Part shown: positions 40,761-54,860 of the stretch, piece after piece
Position numbering within the stretch: the first letter of the stretch is position 1
Layout of the letters: each line of letters opens with the position of its first letter
DNA from: Octopus sinensis
Lineage: Eukaryota
Length of the DNA stretch: 64,000 nt
Direction: 5' to 3'
NCBI RefSeq assembly: GCF_006345805.1
Contig: NC_042998.1
Span: forward strand, 165,416,001 to 165,480,000
Translations under genes and position numbers: made by a program
The notes under the pieces: generated by a model
Databases searched by the model: none
Told to the model about the DNA's origin: nothing
What the model saw: the letters and a program-made list of their open reading frames with translations, nothing else

Positions 40761-41012
40761 TTGTGCCACAAGAGAGGTAAAAAAAGGGAGATAAGCAATC
40801 AAAATTTTGCCCTTACTGAACTAAAAGTGGGTGCTATATCAATGAGAAAAAGATTCAGCTGATACCAATCTGTGTAATTTTTATTACTATTATCTGGCTT
40901 TCTTAGCAACTAAACCTACAGCCAGTCATAAGCGCACACATAAACACTATTAATTGGCTGGGATGTAAAAGAAGTTAAACACTATATATATGTATGTATA
41001 TATATATAATTT

Positions 41013-41181
41013 ATATATTTTATTAAAAAGCGGCAAAAATATCGCAAAAACTGTTACACAAAGTTTCACGTTCCCGTACGTCGAACAGTTTTGTTTAGAA
41101 TCTAAACAAAACTGCCCGACGAACGGGAAACTCTGAGTAACAGTTTTTGTGATAATTTTGCTGCTTTTTAATAAAGTATAT
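41013..41181. repeat. 169-bp imperfect palindrome whose arms are divergent hammerhead-like motifs (family C)
   Basis: Centre tttaga-a-tctaaa at 41100. Arm consensus: aaaactgt CCGACGA acg-ggaa-cgt GAAA ctctgag TA acagtttt. Confidence 0.85.
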
Positions 41182-41528
41182 TACTCTACCTCTGGTATTC
41201 GAGTACTATTTTTCCCACCTTGTTTCGCATATATGTGCTTACTCTGGTATAAATTATATAGCATATACATGAATATACATACACATATATATTTATGCAT
41301 ATATATGCACACATATATATGTATGTATATGTTCGTGTATATATATATATATATATATGTATATATTTATACATGTGTATATCTATATATATACGTATAC
41401 GTGTATATATATATATATATATATATACATGCATATATGTATATACATATATATATACATACATATCTATATGTATATACATATATATATACATATATAT
41501 ATGTATATAAATATAACCATATACACAC

Positions 41529-41561
<33 letters not shown>

Positions 41562-41727
41562 TGTATGTATGTATGTATGTATGTATGTATGTATGTATGC
41601 ATGTATGTTTGTATCTTTCTATGTATACAAACGTTTACATACGAGCATTGAATTTATCCGCAATAGAAAGGAAGAAAAGAAGAAAACGAACTGAAAAGAA
41701 AGAAAGAAAGAAAGAAAGAATGAAAAA

Positions 41728-41783
<56 letters not shown>

Positions 41784-42353
41784 ATTAAAGAAAAAGAATG
41801 GAAGAAGGAAACGATGAGAAACAGATCCACATACAACCTTTCGGTATCGATGAAGTAAATTTAGTGGGAAGTCCGTCGAGCAGAACCAGAAGCGTGAAAT
41901 ATCAGATTAAACTAAACTGACAGCTACGTGCAAACATGGTGGCGTTGGACGGTTGTAGTGTTTGGTTAAGCAAAGCTCCCTCTACTAGGGAGGTCAACCA
42001 TCTTTGATGTTATATAATTCTGGCTAAATAACAACCGTTTTGCTATTTAATTAGTGGTCTTCTGCATCAGTAACTGACAGTGCATAATTCAATCAAGCGA
42101 AATGTAATATTTACGTCCGCCACACATAAATACACACACGCACACATACACACAAGCGTACATACAGGCACACATACACACAAGCAGATACACGCACACA
42201 TAGACAAAAGTATACATACACACACATATACACATACACATATTCGTGTATATATATGTGTGTGTGTATACATATATAAATACATATATATGTGCGTATA
42301 CATCTTTTTATGTATATATATATATATATTATACATACATATATGTATATGTA

Positions 42354-42437
<84 letters not shown>

Positions 42438-42802
42438 CGTGTGTGAATATATATATACATATCAATATGAATATGTGTATTTATACATAACAATAGATAT
42501 ATATATATATGTATAAATATACATATATTAATATATATGTATTTTTACATATATATAAAGATATATATATATATAAGTATACCTATTTTATGTTCTATAC
42601 ACACACACACATACACACACATACACACACACACATACACACACATACACCACACACATACACACACACACATACACGTTCACACACACAAAGTTAAAGG
42701 AGATTAGTCAAATACAATAGGATAATATTTATATGTATTTGATCGAAAATTTCTGAATGATAAACTATGTATTTGTGTGTGCGTGAGTGTGTGTGTGTGT
42801 GT

Positions 42803-42836
<34 letters not shown>

Positions 42837-43352
42837 AGCGATTTTGTGTGAAGGAAGGACTGAGAGAGAAAGAACTAGATAGATACATAGACAGAGAGAG
42901 AGAGAGAGAGAGTGGAGGCTGAGTGGGAAGTTGTACACACACATTATATGTGTGTGTGTATACATATATATATATAGATTTAAATATTTATCTATATGTA
43001 TGTGTTTACGTGTGTATATCTATCTACCTAGCTGTCTTTCCTTTATAAATATGTGTAGATATATATATATATAATACATATATAAGTATGTATGTATATA
43101 TATCTATATATATACATATATATGTATATATATATATGTATAGATATATGTATATACATAAACACATAGATAGATATATATATATGTAAATATATATGCA
43201 TATATACTCATATATATATATAAATACATTCATTTTCACACACATACTCACACCCAGTCACACTCACACACACATATATATGCATGAATGTAATGCATAT
43301 AATGTATGGATGTAATACATATATATATGTAAATATACATATATACATATAA

Positions 43353-43419
<67 letters not shown>

Positions 43420-43437
43420 CTTATATATATAGATTTT

Positions 43438-43501
<64 letters not shown>

Positions 43502-43910
43502 TAAGCAAACCTTGCAATATAATTGTACATCTATCAACGCCCACATAGTCATGCATTCATTAGCAACTTTTACCATCTATAAACATGCTGTATATACTTC
43601 TATAGAAATTTACAATACATGTCTGCTACATCCGAATACACAAAAGCACAAAGCACCACAAGCATGCACAGACAGACAGAACTAGATACTCATGCTGGCT
43701 TTACATTACAAAACATCCTCCCACGCGGACGAATATTCGTTCTTATATGATTTCATGAATCATTCTATATAAACTGCTCAGAGATTTCAGTATGTTCTGG
43801 ACAATTTTACTATCAAAGAATTTTATTAAGGTTTCATGGGTGATGAACTTAAATTATTGTGAACAAGAATAGGCACACGTATAGACGTAACATTGCTCAC
43901 ACAGAACTCA

Positions 43911-43947
<37 letters not shown>

Positions 43948-43972
43948 ATATCTATATATATATTATATATAT

Positions 43973-44060
<88 letters not shown>

Positions 44061-44074
44061 TACTATTATATATC

Positions 44075-44183
<109 letters not shown>

Positions 44184-44724
44184 TTATAATATATATATAT
44201 TATTTAACTTTGCATACATATATAATGATAGTTTAATTGAGTCGTGAGACTACACATTATAAGAGAAAAAGGTACGGTCGTGTATATTGACGCCGATACT
44301 TCACTGTACTGTGTTTTATCAACGGTAATTATTCTATGAATTACAGAAGGATGAAAAGCAAAGATGTCTTTCACAGGATTCGAACTTAGAACATAAAGAG
44401 ACATTAACGAATAATGAAAAGCATTTAACCTGCTGCTTTACTGTTGCTGCAACTCTAGCATGTGCATATTCATAAAGATGTACAGACGTTAAGGCACAGC
44501 GTACACTGCTCTTTACTTGCGTATTTAACATGTTCACAAAACCATTCATATGCACATTAAATACACGGTTGAGCGTTAGATTATGGAAGCTTAAAATATA
44601 AATGACGTGTTAGTTTGAATCTACATGCATTTTAAAATATTCAAATTGCAAACACATACACATGCACGCGCACACACACACACATATAAACACATACATG
44701 CATATCAATATACATCCATACATG

Positions 44725-44761
<37 letters not shown>

Positions 44762-44929
44762 GTAATGTAATATGTGACAATATTCGTAGCCATGATAAAA
44801 CTCAGTCTCAGACGACGGCGTTTTATCTTGGCTACCGAATAATTGTCACATATTACATTTACAGATAAATTCCCTATTTACATAATATTGAGGGTTATTT
44901 TATTCTTTTGTTGTCCTTACCATTTCTAT

Positions 44930-44973
<44 letters not shown>

Positions 44974-46759
44974 GTTATGGAATAGTCTGTTAAGAACGTA
45001 GTAGATTACAGTATAAAGCTCCTCCACCTATAGATTTATCCTGTGCTATCCAGTAGTAGTATTATACGTACTTCCAGGTTTGCATTTGGGCATCTGTCTT
45101 GTGTGAATAGATAACTGAAAAAATTGGAGTCAACAAGAGTGGGTACGGTTGCACATTTATTCTTTTATTCAGTACAATTGTTTCCACGCAACGTAGTTCT
45201 CCGGGTGTACAGGTACTTGATTATGCAACTGTTTCCCTGAATTATGAAATCTAGTCGTAAATATCTGTAGGTTTAAAATCCTTGGTTTCAAGAACATCTT
45301 CATCTGTTATAACTTGAATTTAGTAGTAGTCACTGAACTTACCAGAGTGCGTTGTTGTTGAAGGGCCGTTGCTGCTTTCTACACACTGCTTTCAGCGTGT
45401 AGATGTAGTGGGATTGTGGTTCTGGTGCTTTTAAAATTGTTGCCGTTTTAAAGGTATTGTTATTTTATTTCTTCGTATTGCGATTTGTTCTTCATGGTTG
45501 GTTACTCATGTGATTGTCCTTAGCTGACCATTAACATTCAATATACACACACACATCTATGTATATATGCATACTGGCATAAAGGTGTATGTATATTATA
45601 TATACAAATAGTGGTGCCCCTGCATGTTCGCAGTCAAATGATTGAAATAAGTAAAAGAATAAAAGAATATGTATTATGTGTGTATATATATGTGTGCATG
45701 CGTGCGTGCGTGTGTGTGTGTGTGTGTTGTGTGTGTGTGTGTGTGCGCGCGCGTGTGAAAACGAAGAGACCGATTTGGTAGACAGAGCAACATGCTTCCT
45801 GAGTTCAAATCTCGCCAACAGTTACGCAACTGAAGCGTGTACTTCCCAGGAAGCCCCTGAGTTTGCCTCCCCCTGTCCCTCTATACAGGCTTATATTGCA
45901 GACCTGAAAGTGCCGCGCCATAAAAGCGTCACCCGAAGCAGAACTTCCCCATGGTCCTATCCCAGCTACTTTATTTCTCACCTGGGTTAACTTTCGCCTT
46001 TCTGTATTCTGAGTCGACTAAATCCTGGATATTACTAAATATCACAGATAGTTCAAAGAAGTCTTTAATGTCAAATATTGATTTCTAATGTAAGCAAGCA
46101 CAAGGTCGCTTATTTTAGTAGAGAATATATTCCATTATAGCACCCTAGTACATGACTATTCTTTCATTTTAAAGAGTCCAGAAATATACAAGACAAACCC
46201 TACTTTTGCGAAATTTTAACTCAGATCATAAAGGGCCATAACTAAATACTGCAGGACATTTTCTTCTACGCTTTAACAATTTTTGCCAACCAAAGACTGT
46301 TCAAAAACATTACATTTTTTATATAAGCACAAGCTCAGAAATTCAGTCGGGGAATGGAGCACTCTGGTGGTACTATATTTTATTGACTCTAACACACAAC
46401 TGGTACTTTATTTTATCGTCCTCGGAATGTTAAAAGCAGAGTTGAGGTCGATGAAGACTGAACTCATATCATAAAAATTTATAACTAATATCGCAAAACA
46501 TTATATTCTATTCTATAATGCTTTTTTTCCGATTCAGTGTTTTAAGATTCAATTCTGTTTGAACACATCCATATATAAACTGTTTTTCTTCCTAAAAATA
46601 AGATAATTACTTGCCTTTCTTGTTAAAAAAGATTCATAATATTCAAAAGATATCCTATATCTATATTTCTTTCTTGAAGTGTGTGTGGGAGGGTGGTGCA
46701 TAGAGGCATATGCACACACGCACTCTCACACACATACATACATACATGCATACATACAT

Positions 46760-47100
46760 ATGTATACATGTGTGGCTGTATGCCAAGAAGTTTACTTTCC
46801 AACCACATGATTCCGAGTTTAGTGTCTTCTACTACAGCCTCGGGCCGACCTTCTGAGTGGATTTGGTAGACGGAAACTGAAAGAAGGCCGTCATGTGAGT
46901 GAGGATGTGTGTGTGTGTTTGCTTGACAAATTGGTATAGGGGTGTTTGCGTCTCCATAACTTAGCGGTTTGCCAAAATTGACCGATAGTATAAGCACCAG
47001 GTTTTAGAAGAATAAGTACTAGAGTCGATTCGTTCGGCTAAATTTCAAGAGTACCACAGAATGGCTGCAGCCTGATGACTGACTCAAGATAAAAGATGAA
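46760..47100 (+). mobile_element. SINE S1 diverged copy
   Basis: ttccaaccacatgattccgag...gatttggtagacggaaactgaaagaag...ataacttagcggttt...gatgactgac. Confidence 0.8.
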
Positions 47101-47176
47101 AGCTATAATTAATATATACGTCCATATATGTATGTACATATATGTACGTTATATATATATATATATATATATGGTG

Positions 47177-47207
<31 letters not shown>

Positions 47208-47649
47208 TGTGTGTGTGTGTGTGTATAAACATGCATTCATACGTATATGCAAGCGTATTTTAATCGAAGATGAATCGTAAAACTACCTTCAGCATGTTTC
47301 CAGACATGATCAGAAGCTATAGAGCTTACACTTTGATACTCTAATATCAAAATGGGACATAAGAAAGAGATATCATATGACTTCCGAAATGTAAACGGAG
47401 GCAAAATCGAAAAGTCAGAACTAATATTTTTACATCAGCAGTTTTTCCCATATACTTGAACACCACAGAGCGTGCTCAAATTATCTCGGTATCAATGAGA
47501 ACTGCTAAGCAAATACAGTTATAATTTTGGTGGACCTGAAAGCAATGAATGAAATAGTTCTCCTGAAAGCATCATATCTATGACTATCAAGCTTCAGGAC
47601 TTTCAAGAATACATATGGATTGTACTGAAACACGAAATTACTTACACGA

Positions 47650-47830
47650 TAGGACAAGTTCCTGGCTTTGGGAAAAATAAAAGGCGGATGAGTTAATTAT
47701 CATTTTATTCAACATATTCCCCTTTCAGATTCACACACTTATTGCAGCAGTCTTTCGGTTTTTCTAAGCTCTGTAAAAGAACTCGGATGGTTGGGCCTCC
47801 AACCAGGCCTTTCGTGGTACCCTTCGAGCC
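47650..47830 (-). mobile_element. Mariner-derived MITE, degraded second copy of 55836-56051
   Basis: Reverse complement aligns with the internal sequence of 55836-56051 (ttcttttacagggcttag, ggggaatatgttgaataaaat). Confidence 0.8.
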
Positions 47831-47905
47831 AGAAACATACATATATATATATGTGTAAGTATATATATGTATATACATATATTATAATATACGATATATA
47901 TATAT

Positions 47906-47936
<31 letters not shown>

Positions 47937-48054
47937 TATATATATCGTATATTATATATGTATATACATTTCGTATACTATATATATATATAGAGAGAGA
48001 GAGGGAGGAGACAGAAGGGGAGGTAGGAAGAAAGGGCAAAGAGAGAGATGAAAA

Positions 48055-48440
48055 GACATTCGGCGAAAGCAACCGGATCTGTCACCAAGCTCTCCTCATT
48101 CCTGAGTTTCTCGCCCAAAACAACATAGTATCTCTTCCGCACCCGCCCTATTCGCCAGATTTAGCACCTGCGGACTTCCATCTCTTCCCCAAGATGAAAA
48201 TACCGCTCAGAAGTTGCCGTTTTAACACCGATGTCGAGATCCACGGCGAATCGCAGAAGTCCTCGATTCGCTTACGGAAAACGGCTTCCAGGCCGGATTC
48301 CAAAAGTGGCAGGAACGCTGGGAGCGGTGTACTGCCGATGCAAGGTGACTATTTCGAAGGAGATGATGTTAAAATTTAGGTAAATAGTTATTTTTTTATT
48401 AAACATAACTAATCCGCGAACCTTTTGATACCACCCCGTA
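48055..48440 (+). mobile_element. Mariner transposase C-terminal fragment with 3' TIR
   Basis: EFLAQNNIVSLPHPPYSPDLAPADFHLFPKMK...FQKWQERWERC..QGDYFEGD*; ends gaaccttttgataccaccccg followed by TA. Confidence 0.92.
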
Positions 48441-48655
48441 TGCAGGTATGCCGCTGTCACTCTGTTTTCTTTGAATGTTTAACCCCACCCCATCCTCTCT
48501 CTCTTTCATGCCTCAGTACTTTCACCTCATATATCCAGCTATCCATTGCTCTGTCCTACCTTCTCAGCCATTCCATTGCCTCTCTGTATATCTTTCTCTT
48601 CATCCTCTCCTTGTCGCACTCTTTCTGTTCTTTATTTATCTCCACCTCTTTATCC

Positions 48656-48689
<34 letters not shown>

Positions 48690-50450
48690 CTCTATCTCTC
48701 TCTCTCTCTCTCTCCCCCTCCCTCTAATTCTATCCATTTATACCATTTCACCGTTTTCTTTACAAGTGCTGAGATTCTCTCCGCGTAAATCACAACGAAA
48801 ATTGTACGACAGCCATGATAACCAGTTAGTGAAGAATGTTCTGGAAAGTTTCCAATTTCCTTCTCATTAAATTTTACTTCGATTTTATCGTTCCCTGTGG
48901 TTCTTTGGGGACACTAACAGACTGAGCCTATATATTTATATTTGTTAAGAAGAGTGTCACTGAGTGAGTATGTGAATGGTTTGGGATTTTTACATGTGTG
49001 TGTGTGAGTATTTATATATATATGTTTGAGTGTTTACATGTGTGTATATGTGTATTTGAAAGTTTACATGTGCTTACGTATATATGTATGTATGTATGCA
49101 TGTATACGTGCGTGTTTGTGTGAATGTGTAAGTGTGAGTGTCTATGCGTGTGTTTGTCTAGGTGCGTGTATGCGTGTGTCTGTGCGTGAGGGTAATAAAG
49201 AGACAAAACAGAGAGAGAGGGAGAGAGAGAGGAAAGGAGAGAGGAGAGCCTATGTGTTCTGTATGTATGTGAGCCTGTGAGCGCTCGTGTGTGAGTGCGT
49301 GTGTGTGTTTGTACACGTGTATATGTTTGTGTGTGAGAGAGTATTTGGGCTTATTTTGTTAGTAAGTTTAGAGTATGAGTTTTCTCTCATAAACACTCTC
49401 TCAGACACAAACATACACACGTGCACAAACACACGCACGCACACACACACACACACATACACACGTGCACAAACACACGAGCCCACACAAACTCACATAC
49501 ATACAGAACATAGAGGCTCTCCTCCCTCCCTTCCTCTCTCTATCTCACTTCACTGACTACCTGTCTCTTTCCCACACTCACACACATCTAGACAAACACA
49601 CGCATAGACATACACGCTCACACAGTCACACATACAAACACACACACATACATAATATATACATAGATACATAAAGGCATACATATGTAAGTACCTGCAT
49701 ACATACACTCGTGCCAAGATATACATTGATAATAAGTCCATATACGTGCGTATACGTGTATATATATGTGTACATAGCCACACTCATACTCACACATACA
49801 TATTCATACACGTGTGTGTATGTGTATGTATGTAGTATGCGGTTTGTGTGAGAATATTTTGTATTAGAATGTAACGCATTCCTCATAACTATAGTATTTT
49901 CGTTATTGCCGAGAAAAAGGGAAAATAACAAAAATAAATAAAAAAAATTAACACTAAAGATAATCGAATGAAAATATCTCTACTGCATCTTCCTAAGTCA
50001 ATTACTAAACGTATATTTGTGTGCACGTATGTCTATGTATATACGTGTGTATGTTTATTTGTGCGCCTTAGTCTAAATATGCGTATGGTTGCCTGGTCGG
50101 TCGTTTCTTCTCAAATATCTAAATGGCGGTCCAAACTAACACTTGGGACAACTGAAATGTTCACCGCTCATAAATAATAAACGTTCGTGCGCAGTTCTAA
50201 ACTTAATGTTCTTTACTTGAAGTTATTTGAGCAGGCGAGCGAATTAAATGCATTAGATCTTCCGTTTATATTTTTCTTATAATTTCCTTTTCCTTTATAT
50301 TTATTATTATTAATTTATTTTCCAATTCTCGTTTGTTTTCTTTCAATTTTTTTTTAAATTTCTTTCTTTTCTGTATTTTTTCCTCGGCTTTTGTACTTTA
50401 TTATGATCTATTTCATCGCAATCACAGACTTTTTAATTAATTTTTTTTAA

Positions 50451-51101
50451 CTAAACAGTTTGAAACTTCGAATACTGGTAGAATTTCTCACGTAGAACAC
50501 AGTTTACACTAAACGTTTTTGACAATATTTCCTATTTTAGAAATTATTTCGTGTTAAAGTTGTCGTATTTGGGTAATTTCAACCAATCAACGACGCGTAT
50601 TCGGTTGAAGAAAGCTACTGCTGTTTACGATAGCAATCGAAGAGGAACAACTTCCGGGTCATCTCTACTAAATGTCATCACTCTGTTCTATTCGTATGCC
50701 GAGCGAACCACCTTTATCCTTCCTTTCTAGTCAGCTCCGTGCGTTCCTTACTCTTTCCCTCCCCTCTACACTATCAACTAGCAACCAGCGAGCGAATTTG
50801 TCACTGCTACTACAATTACCGTATTTTCCGGTGTATAAGCCGCTATTTCGCTTGGTTTTCCTTCATGTTTTGATAATGTTATTTTTTATCTAATAAAGAC
50901 TTTTATATTGATGAAATGTGTTTGTTGTTGATTATAATAAGATAGAATCATGACAATAACAATACATCTCAAAGGCATTTTGAAAGTACATATGCGTCAA
51001 AAACAAAAAAGCCAGCTGCGATTCTTAGAACCAAATTTTGTCAAATAAACCGTATTCTACGTGAGAACTTCTACCAGTATTCGAAGTTTCAAACTGTTTA
51101 G
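50451..51101. mobile_element. 651-bp non-autonomous DNA transposon with 56-bp TIRs, TTAA-flanked
   Basis: TIR ctaaacagtttgaaacttcgaatactggtagaatttctcacgtagaacacagttta, 53/56 identical to the right end; ttaa at 50447-50450 and 51102-51105. Confidence 0.9.
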
Positions 51102-51200
51102 TTAAAAAATAAATTGATTAAAACATCTGTGATTGTGATGGAATAGATCCCTTTACTGCCATCCTCCTCCTCCTCCTCCTCCTCCTCATCATCATTATTA

Positions 51201-51297
<97 letters not shown>

Positions 51298-51300
51298 TAT

Positions 51301-51670
51301 AAGGTGAGCTGCCAGAATCGTTAGCACACCGGGCGAAATGCTTAGCGGTATTTCGTTTGCCGCTACGTTCTGAGTTCAAATTCCGCCGAGGTCGACTTTG
51401 CCTTTCATCCTTTCGGAGTCGATAAAGTAAGTACCAGTTACGCACTGGGGTCGATGTAATCGACTTAATCCGTTTTTCTGCCCTTGTTTGTCCCCTCTGT
51501 GTTTAGCCCCTTGTGGGTAGTAAAGAAATAGGTATTTCGTCTGCTGCTACGTTCTCAGTTCAAATTCCGCCGAGGTCGCCTTTGCTTTCATCCTTTCGGG
51601 GTCGACGTGATCGACTTACCACCCCTCCAATTTCAGGCTTTGTACCTATAGTAAAAAGGGTTATTATTAT
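51301..51670 (+). mobile_element. S2 SINE with two internal units
   Basis: Junctions at 51347 and 51531 (period 184); ends in an (ATT)n-like tail. Confidence 0.9.
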
Positions 51671-51830
51671 TGTTATTGTTGTTGTTGTTCAAGTTCACAG
51701 CCCAATCAGGTGCTCGTCTGAAGAAATTATCAAAGGATTTCTCGTTTTCATTTTGTCATTTTTAGCATAACGTAAACCAACAAATGTTCCACCCATCTTG
51801 AGGTTTATTGAAAAGAACATGCCAAAACAC

Positions 51831-51902
<72 letters not shown>

Positions 51903-52182
51903 ATATAAAACAATAAAATAAACAACAATGCAGTCAAGGACTCGACGGAATAAAATGGGTATTTTTATCTTCGTTCAATTCCAATGGGCAGACAGGCTTT
52001 ATGTCGGTCGGCTCTATATTAAATTTGCATGTCAACAAATCTTTTCAAATATCAATTTTATCCTTGTTAAGCAACCACGTGCTACGAAGAACATTCAAAA
52101 ACCACCGCTCCATTGTACACCAAGATAATATGTCTCTGGCTGTGAGTAAATGACATAATGTTGTATGCTTACTCTCTCTTTC

Positions 52183-52216
<34 letters not shown>

Positions 52217-52503
52217 CCCCCTTTCTCTTTTTCTCGATTTCCTTTACTGTCTGCGATACCTCCTTGTATATACTTCGCCCATACATCATTGGTTGTTAAA
52301 ACGTTATTCTTCTTAGATAGGCATAAAGAGACAAACACATATACACACGTACAAAAAAGACAGCACATAAAAAAAATACAACACATACACAAAAACACAC
52401 ACACGCAAACACACCCACACCCTCATATATATTACAATAATTTACATGAAGCGTTGTGTGATGTGTGTGTATGTATGTATTATATATATATATCTATATA
52501 TAT

Positions 52504-52710
52504 CGCCATGTTGATTCGCTAGCTTCTGCACGCATTTTTTTCTCTCCTTGTTTCTCTCCGTGTTTCTTTCTGTTATCTTCTGTTGAAGAGCGTAGGCTCG
52601 AACGTAAAAGACTTGTTTTATTATATTCCTGAGGCGCCATACTAATACAATTGTTTGTTTGTATGCCACCTGCCTTCGTCTTTTGCTTATTTTCATAAAG
52701 CTTCCCGTTA
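52504..52710 (+). mobile_element. Repeat family B copy 2 (hammerhead-like core, one A of GAAA missing)
   Basis: ctgttgaagagcgtaggctcgaacgtaaaagac at 52580-52612. Confidence 0.8.
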
Positions 52711-52939
52711 TATATATATATATATATATATCTATATATATATACCACACACACCAACCTTTTAGTTATATTTTTTAAAACCAAAATTAAATGCATGTTT
52801 ATAAGAAATAATACACGATGATAGCTTGTACTTTTATTTCGTATTTCGATATTTCAGGGTTAGGACCTGTTCGACTGGAAGTCTTTGCAGAAATGAGCTT
52901 CTTAGCTTTATAACACAAAAAAATTTTAAAACGTCTATA

Positions 52940-53447
52940 TTTTACATGTTTCAGTCATTAGGCTGTGTCCAAACTGGGCCACCACCTTCAAGGATTTTTA
53001 ATCGAATAAATTGACCCCAGTGCTAATTTTCTTTTCAAGCCATGTACTTTATTCTATCGGACTCTTTTGCCAAAACGTTAAGCTACGAGGACGTAAACAC
53101 ACCAGCACCGGTTGTCAAGCGGTAGTGATGGACAAATACAAGCACAAAGACACACATCATATATATATGTATGTATATATATATAATATACATACGTATA
53201 TATATATATATGTGTGTGTATATGTAATATATATAATATATATATATATATAATATATATATATATATGTATGTATGTATACATATATGTACATATGTGT
53301 GTGTGTATGTATCGTCAGTAAATCATAAATCCGAAAGAGAAGCAAGCACACTCTAAGTCATAGAGCATTAGAGTATTTAGATAAATACAGTTATACCCGG
53401 TTATAGTGTTACCCAGCGTTTATATGTATATAATATATATATATATA

Positions 53448-53500
<53 letters not shown>

Positions 53501-53580
53501 TGGCGGATTTGTCTCCGTCTACCAAATCCACTTACAAAACCTTGGTCGGCGTAAGGGTATAGTAGAAGACACTCGGCAAT
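52940..53580 (-). mobile_element. SINE S1 diverged copy with long internal microsatellite region
   Basis: 3' module 52940-53150; CORE-side half 53500-53580. Confidence 0.75.
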
Positions 53581-53583
53581 ATC

Positions 53584-53866
53584 TTCACGCACAAAGAAAT
53601 ATATGATAGGAAAGAAGAAACAAAATTCTACCACTCTGAAATATGTGGAAACTATTTTGTCGAAAACAGTTTTTTTTTTAACAAAACAAATAATAAGCAC
53701 TAGAGCAAAACCATTTCACTGTGAATAACGCGAGAAATCTTTCGTTAATATATCGTAGTTTATTCACAAACGTATTCTCCCTGGAGAAAGGCCCTTACAT
53801 TCAGAAAATACGAGAGGTCTTTTGTCACCAACATTAGCGATACACAAAATAATGTACAGTGGAGAT
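53584..53866 (+). pseudogene. Decayed C2H2 zinc-finger array (about three fingers)
   Basis: FYHSEICGNYFVENS / LTKQIISTRAKPFHCE*REKSFVNIS*FIHKRILPGERPLHSE...LAIHKIMYSGD: three degenerate HKRIHTGEKPYHC..CGKSF units with stops and a frameshift in the poly-T at 53670-53679. Confidence 0.75.
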
Positions 53867-54824
53867 ATTTAATATGCATTTCACTTTTTTTAAAATACGA
53901 TATACGGTTTTAAATAAGGTTTAGTGAATAATCGCGTACATATATGAATGTGCGTGTAAGTGACCTTCATTATTGCATCTGTGTTTATGCGTGAATATAC
54001 ATATCCCTTTGTCTTCCCTATATATCAGATGTAATACACAGGACATATTTCCCTGACATCCATGCATCAAGTATGACATACAGTTTCGCATTTTCCAACA
54101 ACGAGAGTAGCTTGAGACTTATGAAAGGAAAGTTTTAAATTACGCAAAACGTGAAGCAAGGGCTAACTAAATGTCTGAAAACAAGTTATGGACGTTTAGG
54201 ATAAACTTTTGCAAATCATTTGGACGGGCAAAGGGATATAAGTAGTATTCCCTTTAAATAACGATTTCTCTAGGCAGTCAATGGGAACACAGACTAAAAG
54301 TTTAGAAGCCATTGCTGTGTAAAGATAAAGTGGTAAAATAAAATATATTTCACATTGGTCCACCATGAGATAACAAAATACAGAACTGTATGTATTTGTT
54401 GATGTCTCATAACAAGCATTTTTAATGAATATCAAATATAATACTTCGTTTTTTTTAAAATTATTTTTATTGCTTTTAAATAAACACTTTAATTCTGTTT
54501 AGGGATAGTCATGTATTGATTATAGTGGATAATCATGTATATATGGATATGTGTGTATACATGTGTACATTATTTAAAGATCTATAAACACACATACAAC
54601 GAACATGCTCACTTAACTACATACATACATACATACATAGACTCGACACACACACACACACACTCCCCCACCACACACACGCACATATATAGGAATGCAT
54701 GTGTGTATATATGTATGCATGCATACACAATTATATAAATACACTCAAACAGAAAACTATTTTTTCCTATATAAATGCATAAATATATAGCATCCGATTA
54801 CATCACTATAACATATATATATAT

Positions 54825-54860
<36 letters not shown>

